A stretch of 64,000 nucleotides of DNA, taken from the IMG/VR virus record IMGVR_UViG_3300045971_000188. One strand, given 5' to 3'. The position numbers and the translations under genes are program-made. The stretch is from a virus. Below, piece by piece: positions 26,596 through 36,941 of this stretch. Within the stretch, counting starts at the first letter, position 1; each line of letters opens with the position of its first letter. The notes under the pieces were generated by a model. The model had not been told where the DNA came from. It worked only from the letters and a program-made list of their open reading frames with translations, and did no database searches.

Positions 26596-27619
26596 GTCAC
26601 TATCTGGCCCACAACTCAAGTTTTTCTCTAAGTATCTTAGAAGTACCCTAAGGCTTTGGGACTTTAGCTCTGATCAGATAGATGCTATAAAGTGGTATGG
26701 AAATATAGGTATGACTGAAGCCTTACCTCCTCTTTGGTTTCTTGGGACGAATGCATATATTAATTCAGGTATATCTATCTCTAGTAATCCACCTATAACC
26801 CCAACCCCCTCACCTTATAACCCCATGACCCCTATAGACATAGCAGCTCTCTTTGATGATGAGCCTGAATATGAAGATGGGGGGAATGAAGATGGGGGGA
26901 ATGAAGATGGGGATGAAGAGGATGTTTATGGATCATCCCCTCAGCCCTTAGATGCTAATAGAGAAACCTCTCATGATCTACAGGTAAAATATTTACATAC
27001 CTATGGCCTATTAGAAGGTAAGCCAGTATATATTACAGATATTGTTTCTAGTTCTGCTTCCCTTAAAGGTTATAAAATCTATACTCATACCCTTGGGGAG
27101 GATGGTAGTTTTATAGCCAGTGGTATCTCCCAAGATATAAATGATTTTAATATGGTAATCCCTAAACTTGGGTACATCAATCACTCTAACCTTACTATCT
27201 ACTTAGAGCGTAAGCATAAGAAGAATAGTCCTAGCAGGTACAGAAGGGGATTAAGGGCTGATACCCTTATTATTACCAATCCATCAGCTGCTGAGTATAA
27301 GGAAGCCTATTCCTCTTCTGATCCATATAGTACCTATGATTATGGTGAAGAAAAAGTTTTACAAAAGATATTATACTCTCTTTTCTTTCCTGTTCATTAC
27401 CCTTATCCTCAGGCCCTTGCATCTCTCTTAGAGTTTAAGAGATTGAGTTGTGCCATATCAGCCACCTTCTCGCTATCTCTTGACTTTAAGACTAACAAGA
27501 TTGTATTATATCGCAATCAGTTTGCCATTGGTCATTACAATCAGAAAGCATTAGGGATTATTTTAACAACAGATCTATTTAAAGATGAGGTCATAGCATC
27601 GGGAGTTATAGTCAAATGA
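26576..27619 (+). CDS. Hypothetical protein of the ligase cluster with acidic linker
   Basis: 347 aa; internal 15-bp tandem repeat encoding EDGGN. Confidence 0.6.
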   Translation: MLQAQFESLSGPQLKFFSKYLRSTLRLWDFSSDQIDAIKWYGNIGMTEALPPLWFLGTNAYINSGISISSNPPITPTPSPYNPMTPIDIAALFDDEPEYEDGGNEDGGNEDGDEEDVYGSSPQPLDANRETSHDLQVKYLHTYGLLEGKPVYITDIVSSSASLKGYKIYTHTLGEDGSFIASGISQDINDFNMVIPKLGYINHSNLTIYLERKHKKNSPSRYRRGLRADTLIITNPSAAEYKEAYSSSDPYSTYDYGEEKVLQKILYSLFFPVHYPYPQALASLLEFKRLSCAISATFSLSLDFKTNKIVLYRNQFAIGHYNQKALGIILTTDLFKDEVIASGVIVK

Positions 27620-28593
27620 CAGAGAAAATTGCAAGACTCTTAGGTAAACAAATAGACGCTAAGCGTTATATGGAGTCTACAAAGTTAGTGAGTAGTACAA
27701 TAGGGGTAGGTGTTGAGCTGGAGCTTGAGAACATTGAGTATATGCAGCATTTTCCTGGTATGGGTTATCCTAATATCTTTGGGTTATGGAAGGCAGTACA
27801 TGATGGTAGCTTAAGGGAGGGTACTGAGTACACTTTTAATGGTCCATTGGTTGGTATTAATATAGCTGATGCCCTAGATGTTATGCAGGAGTTCTTGGGG
27901 GTATATCGACGCTATGAGTTACCTGCTAAGATAACAGATAGATGTTCAGTACACGTTCACCTAGATGTATCTGATTTAGATAAAGATCAATTAAATAATC
28001 TAATTCAGGTATACTATTTAGTTGAAAGAATACTATTTCAGTACATCAACCCCCTTCGTATCAAAAACAATTATTGTAGGGCTCTAACTGACTCCTCTTT
28101 CAAGTATACCCTTAAGAATCTCTTGAAGAATCAAAGTTCCTATGATCTCATCCATATCATTAAGAATGAATGTGATAAGTACTCAGCCTTAAATGTGCTG
28201 CCTGTATCTCACTTTGGTAGTGTAGAATTTCGGCATCATCATGGTACTCTAGAGATGAATAGGATTTTGGAGTGGATTAATATTATTATGAGTATTAAGG
28301 TAACATCCCTTAACTATCCTATTGAAGAGCTATTAGGTATATACAAAGAGAAGGGTAGTCTGGATTTATTACAAACTATCTTCCAAGGCTCACTACTATC
28401 AGATCTTGAAATCATTAATTCACTTTTTGATTATGATCGTTTAGTGTTTATGGGTGTATCAGACCTAAAAGAAATACATAATATGGATGAGCTCAAAGCT
28501 TTGAATACTGCCAATGCTCGAGGTAGAAAGAGTAAGAACAGAATCTTCTTAGATTCCTTCAAAAAAGAAAACAATTTAATGGGAAGTGAATAA
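27616..28593 (+). CDS. Amidoligase (glutamine-synthetase-like COOH-NH2 ligase)
   Basis: IGVGVELELE, HDGSL, RCSVHVH, KYSALN, GSVEFR. Confidence 0.85.
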   Translation: MTEKIARLLGKQIDAKRYMESTKLVSSTIGVGVELELENIEYMQHFPGMGYPNIFGLWKAVHDGSLREGTEYTFNGPLVGINIADALDVMQEFLGVYRRYELPAKITDRCSVHVHLDVSDLDKDQLNNLIQVYYLVERILFQYINPLRIKNNYCRALTDSSFKYTLKNLLKNQSSYDLIHIIKNECDKYSALNVLPVSHFGSVEFRHHHGTLEMNRILEWINIIMSIKVTSLNYPIEELLGIYKEKGSLDLLQTIFQGSLLSDLEIINSLFDYDRLVFMGVSDLKEIHNMDELKALNTANARGRKSKNRIFLDSFKKENNLMGSE

Positions 28594-29958
28594 ATGTGCG
28601 GATTAATCGGCGTTATAAACAGAGAAAAGGTGATAGGAAACTCTGAGAAACTCTTAAAATTCTTTTATCAAGGGTTATATTGTGATGCTGTTAGAGGTCA
28701 ACATGGTACTGGTATATGCGCTGTAGAGGATGATGGAACCTATAGAATGTTTAAGAGGGCATTAGCCTCAGCAGATTTCATAGAGCTGTCAACTGCCAAG
28801 AAGATTATGAGTGACAATAACAATGTGTTTCTGCTAGGTCATAATCGACATGCAACCTATGGGCAACATACCGACGATAATTCTCATCCATTCGTCAATG
28901 ATAACATTACTCTTTTCCATAATGGTACTCTCACCTCTCACTCTTCCCTTAATCCTGGTAAGACCTTTAGTGTAGACTCCAATGCAATCTCCTATCTCCT
29001 CTCTAATACTGATGATACCATCACCGATCTAGAGAAGTTGAGGGGCGCATTTGCTTTAGTCTGGTATGATGATATTGATGAGTCTCTTAACTTTGCTCGT
29101 AACAATGATAGAACCCTATTCTTAGCAACTATCAAAAACTCTCAGTCCATACTCTATGCTTCTGAAAAGGGTATGATTGAGTGGTTAGCCCAAAGAAATA
29201 GTATTGAGATAGATGAGATCAAACCATTGGCAGCAGGTATCCTACTCTCTTTCCCTTTAGATCCTACTAGAAAAGCTAAGTCCAAGACCTTTAAGATCTA
29301 TACTGCACCAATAACTAATAACTACTACCAAAAAACCTACTTTTATCCTGGTCCAGCTGTGGTGATTGATGGGGTTAAGGTCAATGATGTTATTATAGTT
29401 GACAATATAACTTGGCAGCCTTATAATGGTGGTATGCCTGTTAAAGATGTAGTTCGCTATGGTTATCTGAAGTGTGAGTATAAGAAGGGTGTGTGCTTTC
29501 ATGTTGCAGGCACTTCTGAATCAGAGTCTAAAAAGTATTTGGGTAAAATATATAGTCTACAGGTACAATCAGTAACATCAGCCAATGCAGGTTATGGTAA
29601 ATTGTTGGAAGAGATTACAGAAAACGATTTATTGGAATATTCTCTCCTTAAAATGGAAAAGGAAAAGGTGATAGACATACAATCAAAAAAGGAAGAAGAA
29701 AAGGTAGAAGACGTAAAAAAGCTGGGTTATACCCCACTGACTAAAGATGAATTGGATATTGATTCAGAGGATGAGGGCTATATAATGGTACAAGGTCCGG
29801 GAGGTAAGTTTATCTCTGAACCTGATTTTTTAAAAAAAGTTCATGGTGGGTGCAGTAATTGTTCGGATGATATTATCGTGGATGATGCCCCAAACATAAA
29901 GTGGGACTATGAGAATAGCCCGTTCTGTTCAGATTGTGCAGCATTTTATAATTTATAA
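28594..29958 (+). CDS. Class II (Ntn) glutamine amidotransferase with C-terminal Zn-ribbon
   Basis: MCGLIG N-terminal Cys nucleophile, RGQHGTG, GHNRHAT, HPF, HNGTL; CxxC...CxxC tail. Confidence 0.9.
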   Translation: MCGLIGVINREKVIGNSEKLLKFFYQGLYCDAVRGQHGTGICAVEDDGTYRMFKRALASADFIELSTAKKIMSDNNNVFLLGHNRHATYGQHTDDNSHPFVNDNITLFHNGTLTSHSSLNPGKTFSVDSNAISYLLSNTDDTITDLEKLRGAFALVWYDDIDESLNFARNNDRTLFLATIKNSQSILYASEKGMIEWLAQRNSIEIDEIKPLAAGILLSFPLDPTRKAKSKTFKIYTAPITNNYYQKTYFYPGPAVVIDGVKVNDVIIVDNITWQPYNGGMPVKDVVRYGYLKCEYKKGVCFHVAGTSESESKKYLGKIYSLQVQSVTSANAGYGKLLEEITENDLLEYSLLKMEKEKVIDIQSKKEEEKVEDVKKLGYTPLTKDELDIDSEDEGYIMVQGPGGKFISEPDFLKKVHGGCSNCSDDIIVDDAPNIKWDYENSPFCSDCAAFYNL

Positions 29959-30910
29959 TTTAGGAAAGACAATGTTAAAACAAGTAAAATTAAAAGTAAT
30001 AACTGAAGACAACTATTACAACCAAATCTCCCAGACCTCTGAGATTCACTGGTCCTTTTTAAACAGGGTAAAGGGAGATAAATGGAGCTTCCAAGAGCTC
30101 TTTTTGAAGGTTAAATGTAGAGAGTACCTTGGGGATTTAGTGGTTTGTGGTAACTTGGATATTGATGTGCCAATGATCTATGGTATGTCCTTAAGGAAGA
30201 AAAGAATCTCTATCAAGGAGACACTACTATCAGTATCCCTGTATCAAGAGAGTGTGCCTACTTTCATTAAGAACATGAAGTATCTGCGTAGAATTGAGAA
30301 ATCTATGGGTATCCCAATGACTCGTATTTACTCCACTCAACATCAAGGTGCTTTTGATACTCGTTTGGTATTGATAGGTGATAAAAAGTGGGTATCATCT
30401 CCCCTCCTCATCTCTATTTATTCCCTGATAATTAGAGCAATGACCTATTCACTTAGAGGCAATTCATTCAAGAGCCATATCAAAGCATTGGTCATTAGTT
30501 CTTGGAGTTATGGCAATGATGCTCAAGCTTTCAAGACTATAGATAGAAATGGAGTAGATCTGATTCACCTCCTCCAAAATATTGATAAGGTAATCTCTGA
30601 TAATCCATTAACCGGATTAAATGATGAGAATCTTCGTGCTGATAAACGCCTTTTAACTGCTGAATATCAAAATGTTGTGTTAAACTATGAGGGCCACAGT
30701 CATTCTTGGTGTATGTCAAACAATCATAGTCAGCATGGCATCATCAACTTTGTAGATGGTGTGAACTATACCAACTCTAGAGGCCATAGAAAAAATTATG
30801 GTATTAATAGTAGTTGGGTTAATAACTATATCCAGCTTATTAAAGATGAAAAAGAACTAATTTCCAATCCAGTTGTCCAACCTATTCCGGCTTATAGTTT
30901 AGAGTGGTAG
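29909..30910 (+). CDS. Hypothetical protein
   Basis: Long ORF; true start probably MLKQVK at about 29972. Confidence 0.6.
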   Translation: MRIARSVQIVQHFIIYNLGKTMLKQVKLKVITEDNYYNQISQTSEIHWSFLNRVKGDKWSFQELFLKVKCREYLGDLVVCGNLDIDVPMIYGMSLRKKRISIKETLLSVSLYQESVPTFIKNMKYLRRIEKSMGIPMTRIYSTQHQGAFDTRLVLIGDKKWVSSPLLISIYSLIIRAMTYSLRGNSFKSHIKALVISSWSYGNDAQAFKTIDRNGVDLIHLLQNIDKVISDNPLTGLNDENLRADKRLLTAEYQNVVLNYEGHSHSWCMSNNHSQHGIINFVDGVNYTNSRGHRKNYGINSSWVNNYIQLIKDEKELISNPVVQPIPAYSLEW

Positions 30911-30934
30911 GATAGGCATTAATGAAGGTAGGGT

Positions 30935-32587
30935 ATGTCAGAGAAAGAGAGTATTTATATTGAAAATGTAGGCTGTCCTGAGTGTGGCAGCAGTGATGCT
31001 GTAGGTGTTTACAAAAGGGATGATGGAAGTATCTACGGGAATTGTTTTAGTTGTGGAAAGTATATACCGGAGCCTTATGGAGCTGAAGAACCTGAAGTAA
31101 TTGAAGAAGATGTAGAGTTTGAAGAGGAGGAAATTATCCCTGAGATACCCTCTTCCTTCAACAAACTTATGTCTCGTGGAATATCTAAAGAGGTCTGCGA
31201 GAAATATGGAGTTAAATCTATCCTTAATAAAGCTGGAATTGATGAGGTTCACTTTTATCCTCACTACAACAAAACAGGAGAGCGCTTTGATTGTAAAAGG
31301 GTAGTGGAAGGCAAGAAGTTTAGTTGGTCGGGCAAACCTAAAGACTTAGAGTTCTTTGGTCAGAGACTATGTGGTTCAGGTGGCAAGATGATACTGGTCA
31401 CTGAGGGGGTATTAGATGCTCTAGCAGCTACAGAAATGTTGGCTAAGTGTGATAAGCAGTATAGAGTTTGTAGTATCATTAATGGTGCATCAGCTGCCAT
31501 AAAAGACTTCAAGAACAACTATGAATGGATTAATAGCTTTGAGTCTATCTTCCTAGCCTTTGATCAGGATGAACCAGGCCAGAAGCATATCCAGGAAATC
31601 TCTAATCTCTTTAGTCCCAATAAAGTTAAGAACATAATCTATTCTGAGAATGATCCTAATGATATGTTGGTTAGAGGTAAGCACAAAGAGTTTCTGCAGG
31701 CTATATTCTCTGCTAAAGAGTCTAGACCTACAGGTATTGTAAGTGTTGATGATATCTTTGATGAAGCTATTAAACCGCCAGTTATGGGCAAGTCATTCCC
31801 TTGGCATACCTTAACTGAATGTACCTATGGCTACCGAACTGGTGAGATCTGGGGGGTAGGTGCAGGTTCTGGCTGTGGTAAGACAGAGTGGTTTAAAGAG
31901 ATGATTAATCATACCATCTACCATCATAAAGAAGTGGCTGGTGTGATATTCCTGGAAGAACCAGCTGCCAAAACTCTCAAGGTACTAGCAGGAAAGAGAG
32001 TTAACAAACGCTTTCATATTCCTCAGGATAAAGGAGGAGATTGGACAGTAGAAGAATTGGTAGATGGTATTAATGATTTGAAGGGTAAGGTGTTTCTTTA
32101 CAATCACTTTGGCTCTAAGGACTGGGAATCCATTAAATCTAAAATTAAATTTATGGTGGTAGGGTTAGGTGTTAAAACTATCTATCTCGATCACTTAACT
32201 GCATTGGTAGCACAGGAAGATAATGAATATAAAGCACTTAATAAACTCATGGAAGAAATGTCTAGCCTTTGTCAAGAGCTTGATTGTACTATATTTTACG
32301 TCAGTCATCTACGTAAAGCGTCTGGCACTCCACATGAAGAAGGGGGAAGGGTTACAGCAGATCAATTTAAAGGAAGTGGAGCAATTGTCTTCTGGTCTAA
32401 CTTCCTCATTGGTCTCGAAAGAAACCAGCAAGCTGCAGATGAAGACGAAAGAAATACAACAACTCTCAGAGTTCTTAAAGACCGAAATACGGGACTAGCA
32501 ACTGGTGTAACCTTTGAGTTAAGTTATAACCATGATACTGGTAGATGGATGGAGAAGGATAATGATGAATTTAATGAGGCATTTTAG
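30935..32587 (+). CDS. T7 gp4-like DNA primase-helicase
   Basis: CPECGSSD..CFSC Zn finger, TOPRIM VTEGVLDA and FDQDEPG, SF4 helicase GAGSGCGKT, IYLDHL, VSHLRK. Confidence 0.92.
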   Translation: MSEKESIYIENVGCPECGSSDAVGVYKRDDGSIYGNCFSCGKYIPEPYGAEEPEVIEEDVEFEEEEIIPEIPSSFNKLMSRGISKEVCEKYGVKSILNKAGIDEVHFYPHYNKTGERFDCKRVVEGKKFSWSGKPKDLEFFGQRLCGSGGKMILVTEGVLDALAATEMLAKCDKQYRVCSIINGASAAIKDFKNNYEWINSFESIFLAFDQDEPGQKHIQEISNLFSPNKVKNIIYSENDPNDMLVRGKHKEFLQAIFSAKESRPTGIVSVDDIFDEAIKPPVMGKSFPWHTLTECTYGYRTGEIWGVGAGSGCGKTEWFKEMINHTIYHHKEVAGVIFLEEPAAKTLKVLAGKRVNKRFHIPQDKGGDWTVEELVDGINDLKGKVFLYNHFGSKDWESIKSKIKFMVVGLGVKTIYLDHLTALVAQEDNEYKALNKLMEEMSSLCQELDCTIFYVSHLRKASGTPHEEGGRVTADQFKGSGAIVFWSNFLIGLERNQQAADEDERNTTTLRVLKDRNTGLATGVTFELSYNHDTGRWMEKDNDEFNEAF

Positions 32588-33439
32588 GTGAAGAAAGTTT
32601 ATATAATAGATGTGCCTTTATACATTGAATATACCACCAAACCATCATCCTATAAACCATACGACACCTATTATTTAATAACAAAGGTATATGTACCTAA
32701 TAGTGGGATTGATGTAGCTCCTATTATAGGTGAAAGTACTAGGATTATGATTGAAAATGAATTGAGGAAATTAGATGAAGAAACTAAGTAATACTCCAGT
32801 AGAGGGATGGTTAGTGTGGTATAGTGAATATGAGATACATCCAGTACTCTTTTACTATAAACCTACCAGACCAGAAGATTACTATCGAATTGATAGTGTG
32901 TTAATAATGAATAACCCAAAGGAACAAGATGAGTAACCATATTGTAGACACAGATCTATTTCAAGCAGTATTCAGGATGATAGAGAAAGAGAATGAGGAT
33001 CAGTACTTAGTTAAAACTTTAGCTGAAAAAGCTGTTATTACTCAATTAGAACCTGAAGTATTCTCCTTAAACTTTGGGAATGGATTTATTGTAAGTATCG
33101 TTGGAGATTTGGAGATCTATAGATTAATCTCTACTAATCCATTAGTATATTGTAATGGAGAAGATGAGAGTACTAAGCTTAGCGGGGATAGAGTTTACTT
33201 CTATCTGAAAAGAATATTAGATTTGGTGAGGTATGGAAGATAGTATGTTTATTAAAAAGATTAAATCACCTAACCAACCCTTCTCGCCTTTCCACTTAAT
33301 ATTGGAGATGCATTGTCCTGCAGATCGTCAAGATCTAAATGATATTTTACATGATTATGTTACTAGATATCCTAATCAAACTACAGATAGGATTATTTTA
33401 GCTAAAAGAATTCTTAAGCTACTGGGACCTGATGAATAG
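32588..33439 (+). other. Run of small hypothetical ORFs (32588-32791, 32929-33243, 33233-33439 and one short ORF between)
   Basis: Tightly coupled plus-strand ORFs. Confidence 0.5.
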
Positions 33440-33965
33440 ATTAGTATTTGATATTGAGGCTAATGGTTTGCTGGATGATGTGAGTGAGGTATGGTGTATA
33501 TCATTTAAGAATATAGATACTCAAGACTCCATGACACTTTCAGGGGATACTTTAACTTCCGATAATATTCGTCAAGCCTTTAGTTTAAAAGATAGGATTA
33601 TAGGCCACAACATTATAGGGTATGATCTACCCCTCCTAAACCAAATGTATGGGATAGATCTAATAAATCTCTTAGGTAAAGAAGCAATAGTAGACACCCT
33701 CATTCTCTCTCAAACCCTCAATCCAGATAGAGAGTTACCTGGGGGTTGCCCAACTACTATCAGGAATCCAGTTACCCTCCGTTCTAAGATGATTGGTCCA
33801 CATGGCTTGGAGGCTTGGGGTTATAGAGTAGGTAATAGGAAGATTGAGATACACGACTGGCGTACCTTCACTCCTGAGATAATTGAGAGGTGTGAGGTGG
33901 ATGTTTTAATTAATGAGAAAGTATACTATGCTTTACTTAAGGAGGCTGGACTTGAAGCTTTATGA
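33432..33965 (+). CDS. DNA polymerase 3'-5' exonuclease domain (stand-alone gene)
   Basis: Exo I FDIE, Exo II GHNIIGYDL, HGLEAWGYR, Exo III RCEVDV. Confidence 0.88.
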   Translation: MNRLVFDIEANGLLDDVSEVWCISFKNIDTQDSMTLSGDTLTSDNIRQAFSLKDRIIGHNIIGYDLPLLNQMYGIDLINLLGKEAIVDTLILSQTLNPDRELPGGCPTTIRNPVTLRSKMIGPHGLEAWGYRVGNRKIEIHDWRTFTPEIIERCEVDVLINEKVYYALLKEAGLEAL

Positions 33966-34654
33966 TTTACCTAGAAACACCTACTTTACTTTGGTGGGAG
34001 ACGATAGCAAAGAAATATTCTTCTTTGAGAGGATAGATGGTATGTACTCATTTTGTAGAGCTTCATCTAACCAAGCTGTACATTTCTCTGCAACTGCTGA
34101 GGTAGAATTACTTGATCACTAAAAATCAAAATATACCATTTAAGTGTTCCAAAAATTATCATGGAATATGTATGCATCTTTGTTTGGAGGGATCTAGTGG
34201 TACTTTAGCTAAACCCTTTTGTAATCTGTATGGCACAGATACCGAAAGAGTAGTAGATATTTGCACTAAATATAAACCCAAAAACAAATGAAATGTATAC
34301 CTTGTAGATTTAAATGGCATGAAAGGTATGGGAAGTGTAGTTGTAAATTCATATGGGAGAAACCTAAATGGAAAATAAGATTGGTGAGTTAATTAGTATA
34401 CTTACTATTAATTTAGATTATTATATCCTTTGGTTCTGGACAGTTTATATTGTAGTTAAGAGGTTCTAATGAATAGGAGGATAGAGTGGTTGTTAATGCT
34501 TCGAGATCGTTGTTATGATAGATTACATAGGATAAAGGAGGATTATGAATTATATCCAGAAGATCCTCCAATATTTAATCTTGATCAAACTAAAAAGGAT
34601 ATGGCTAGAATAAAGTGTAAACTCAATCAAGAGCGACAGAAATGGCTACCATAG
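33952..34654 (+). other. Four small ORFs between the exonuclease and polymerase genes, two Cys-rich
   Basis: Hand translation shows coupled ORFs (LKLYDLPRNT..., LITKNQ..C..H..C.H.C..C..C, MKCIPC..CSC, MNRRIEW...). Confidence 0.5.
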
Positions 34655-36003
34655 ATTGGAGAGAGGCATTTGCCCTAGAAAGAGATGTGTCTATACTAAT
34701 TAGAGAACAGGAGAGATCTGGAGTTTACTTTAACATTGGTAAGGCTAAGTACTACATCTCCCTCCTTGAAAAGATGAAGGACGAGAAATATGATTTGATT
34801 AGGCCGCACTTAGGTTACGATCTTATTAATCTCGAAAAGAAAATTAAAGAGGGTTTTACTAACTTAGAGATATATACATATGTTAAAAAGATTTATCTCA
34901 AAAATGGAAAGTTTACTACATCTGTCATTAATCATTACCCTAACAATCCTGATATTGTTGGAGGTCCTTTTAGTAGAGTATGCTTAGAAGAACCTTCTAT
35001 ATCTAAACGTGGCTTAATAATTAAGCAACTCCTAAAAATGGGTTGGGTTCCTGAAGAGTTTACAGAAAAAGGGCAACCTAAGCTCACCAACAAAGATGGG
35101 CCTGTTCCTACTCTAGATAAGGTGGGTGATTTTGGGAAAGATTTAAGTCTATGGTACATTTACTCACACAGACAATCTCAGATATCTGGATTCTTACCTC
35201 ATGTTAGTAAAGATGGTAGGATAGCAGCTCAGATGAATACTGTAGGAACAAACACGTATCGCTGTGCACATAAAATAGTTGCAAACATACCACGTCCCAC
35301 TTCTACCTTTGGAAAAGAAATGAGACAGCTTTTTTGTGTACCTAATGGAAGAAGATTTGTAGGTGCTGATGCTTCAGGTTTAGAACTGAGGATGTTAGCT
35401 CACCACCTAAATGATAAAGATTATATAGATCAAATACTTAATGGAGATGTGCATTCATACAACCAACAATTAGCGGGGCTGCAAACTAGAGACCAAAGTA
35501 AAACTTTTATTTACGCCTTCCTTTATGGGGCAGGTGTGACCAAATTAGGTAGTATTGTTGGTGGTGGTATTAAGCAAGGTAAGATATTGCAAGAGCAGTT
35601 TTTTGCTGCCTTACCATCATTAGCAGTGCTATCTAATAAAGTTAAGGGTTTTGCAGAAAAAAGAGGCTACTTACCCTCTATAGATGGTAGAAAGATAAGA
35701 GTAAGAAGTTGGGAAGGGAAAGTGCTAGTGCACACTGCTTTAAACTGTCTCTTACAAGCTAATGGTAGTATTGTAGTAAAAAGAGCAATGCTTATAGCTA
35801 ATGAAGAAATAAAGCGTAGAGCTTTGGATGCCTTTCAAATCTTGTTCTACCATGACGAATTAGCTTTTGAGACTTCAGAAGAATGTGCTGAAGAGGTAGG
35901 TCTTATCATCAAAGATTCCTTTAGGTTAGCTGGAGAATACTATAACTTAAACATACCTATTGATGGTGAATATAAAATAGGATTAGATTGGTCAATACAT
36001 TAA
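34642..36003 (+). CDS. polA: Family A DNA polymerase, polymerase domain (Tyr762 type)
   Basis: Motif A GADASGLELRMLAH, motif B SKTFIYAFLYG, motif C YHDE. Confidence 0.92.
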   Translation: MATIDWREAFALERDVSILIREQERSGVYFNIGKAKYYISLLEKMKDEKYDLIRPHLGYDLINLEKKIKEGFTNLEIYTYVKKIYLKNGKFTTSVINHYPNNPDIVGGPFSRVCLEEPSISKRGLIIKQLLKMGWVPEEFTEKGQPKLTNKDGPVPTLDKVGDFGKDLSLWYIYSHRQSQISGFLPHVSKDGRIAAQMNTVGTNTYRCAHKIVANIPRPTSTFGKEMRQLFCVPNGRRFVGADASGLELRMLAHHLNDKDYIDQILNGDVHSYNQQLAGLQTRDQSKTFIYAFLYGAGVTKLGSIVGGGIKQGKILQEQFFAALPSLAVLSNKVKGFAEKRGYLPSIDGRKIRVRSWEGKVLVHTALNCLLQANGSIVVKRAMLIANEEIKRRALDAFQILFYHDELAFETSEECAEEVGLIIKDSFRLAGEYYNLNIPIDGEYKIGLDWSIH

Positions 36004-36144
36004 TGAATATTAAAGACTTAGAAAATAAATTAGATATACTAAATATACAAATGCAATCGTTACAACATCGCCTAAAAGCTTTGGGTGGTGAGTTTGATTC
36101 TACTCAACGCCAGTTGTATAGGGCTAGATTAAAGGAAGAACAAA

Positions 36145-36345
36145 GTGAACATTCGGTTTAACGAGGCTATAGTGGATGAACCTGAAGAGGAGATAGAGGA
36201 GGAGCCTGAAGAGTATGATGATACTTGTACTCACTGCTCCGGTACAGGTGAGGGTAGAACAGAATACCAGAGCTGTGTGTACTGTAGAGGGTCTGGTAGA
36301 AATCCTAAACAATCCTCAGATGACTATTGGGACTATGATGATTAA
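36145..36345 (+). CDS. Small acidic protein with DnaJ-type CxxCxGxG Zn-finger repeats
   Basis: CTHCSGTG...CVYCRGSG. Confidence 0.6.
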   Translation: MNIRFNEAIVDEPEEEIEEEPEEYDDTCTHCSGTGEGRTEYQSCVYCRGSGRNPKQSSDDYWDYDD

Positions 36346-36557
36346 AAATAACCAAGATCAAATAATAACTGAACTAAGGAAAAAGATGAATAGAGAAATG
36401 ACAGGACAAGATTTAGTAAATATTGCCTCAGAGACTGTAAGTACAGTAGAAGGTGGCTTTGGATTAGGATTGGAGTATGAGGATATTGTGGATGTGGTCT
36501 GTGAGTTATTCATAGAGAAGTTTGGGGTAGTCTTGATACCAGAAGAGATTACAGTAC

Positions 36558-36586
36558 TTGACAAATTAGAATGAGGGTGGTATAAT
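36558..36586 (+). promoter_or_regulatory. Perfect sigma70 promoter for the SSB/nucleotide-metabolism genes
   Basis: TTGACA-N17-TATAAT with TG extended -10. Confidence 0.8.
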
Positions 36587-36620
36587 GTATCCAAGATCTT
36601 ATAAATCGTTTAGGAATACT

Positions 36621-36764
36621 ATGAAGGCTGTGGGTTTATTGGTAGTAGTGGTTGGTGGGTTTGTAGTATTACTAATTGGGATGGGTGAGTTCTTACCAGA
36701 CTTCCAGCTTGATGAGAATCACTATGATCTTTGTGAGTGTTTAGCAAATAGTTGTAGAAGATAA
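36621..36764 (+). CDS. 47-aa single-TM protein with Cys-rich tail (not in track)
   Basis: AGGA RBS; MKAVGLLVVVVGGFVVLLIGMG...CECLANSCRR. Confidence 0.5.
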   Translation: MKAVGLLVVVVGGFVVLLIGMGEFLPDFQLDENHYDLCECLANSCRR

Positions 36765-36941
36765 AATGAGTATAGAAACAACAAAAGTGAGTAAGTGCAA
36801 TTGTGATAACCCTGGTCAGGATAAGTTACATGGCACTAAGAATAGAGTATTCAATCAAACCTCAAAGTCCTCTCAGAAGAAAGGTGAAACTGGGGAATTT
36901 CGATGCAGTGTGTGTAACGTAACTGTAAAACTTATTAACTA

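Noticed and set aside
33965-34642. Group I intron interrupting the DNA polymerase
   Set aside because: The gap is filled with coupled small ORFs; both halves have their own stop/start; no intron core or intron-encoded endonuclease recognised.
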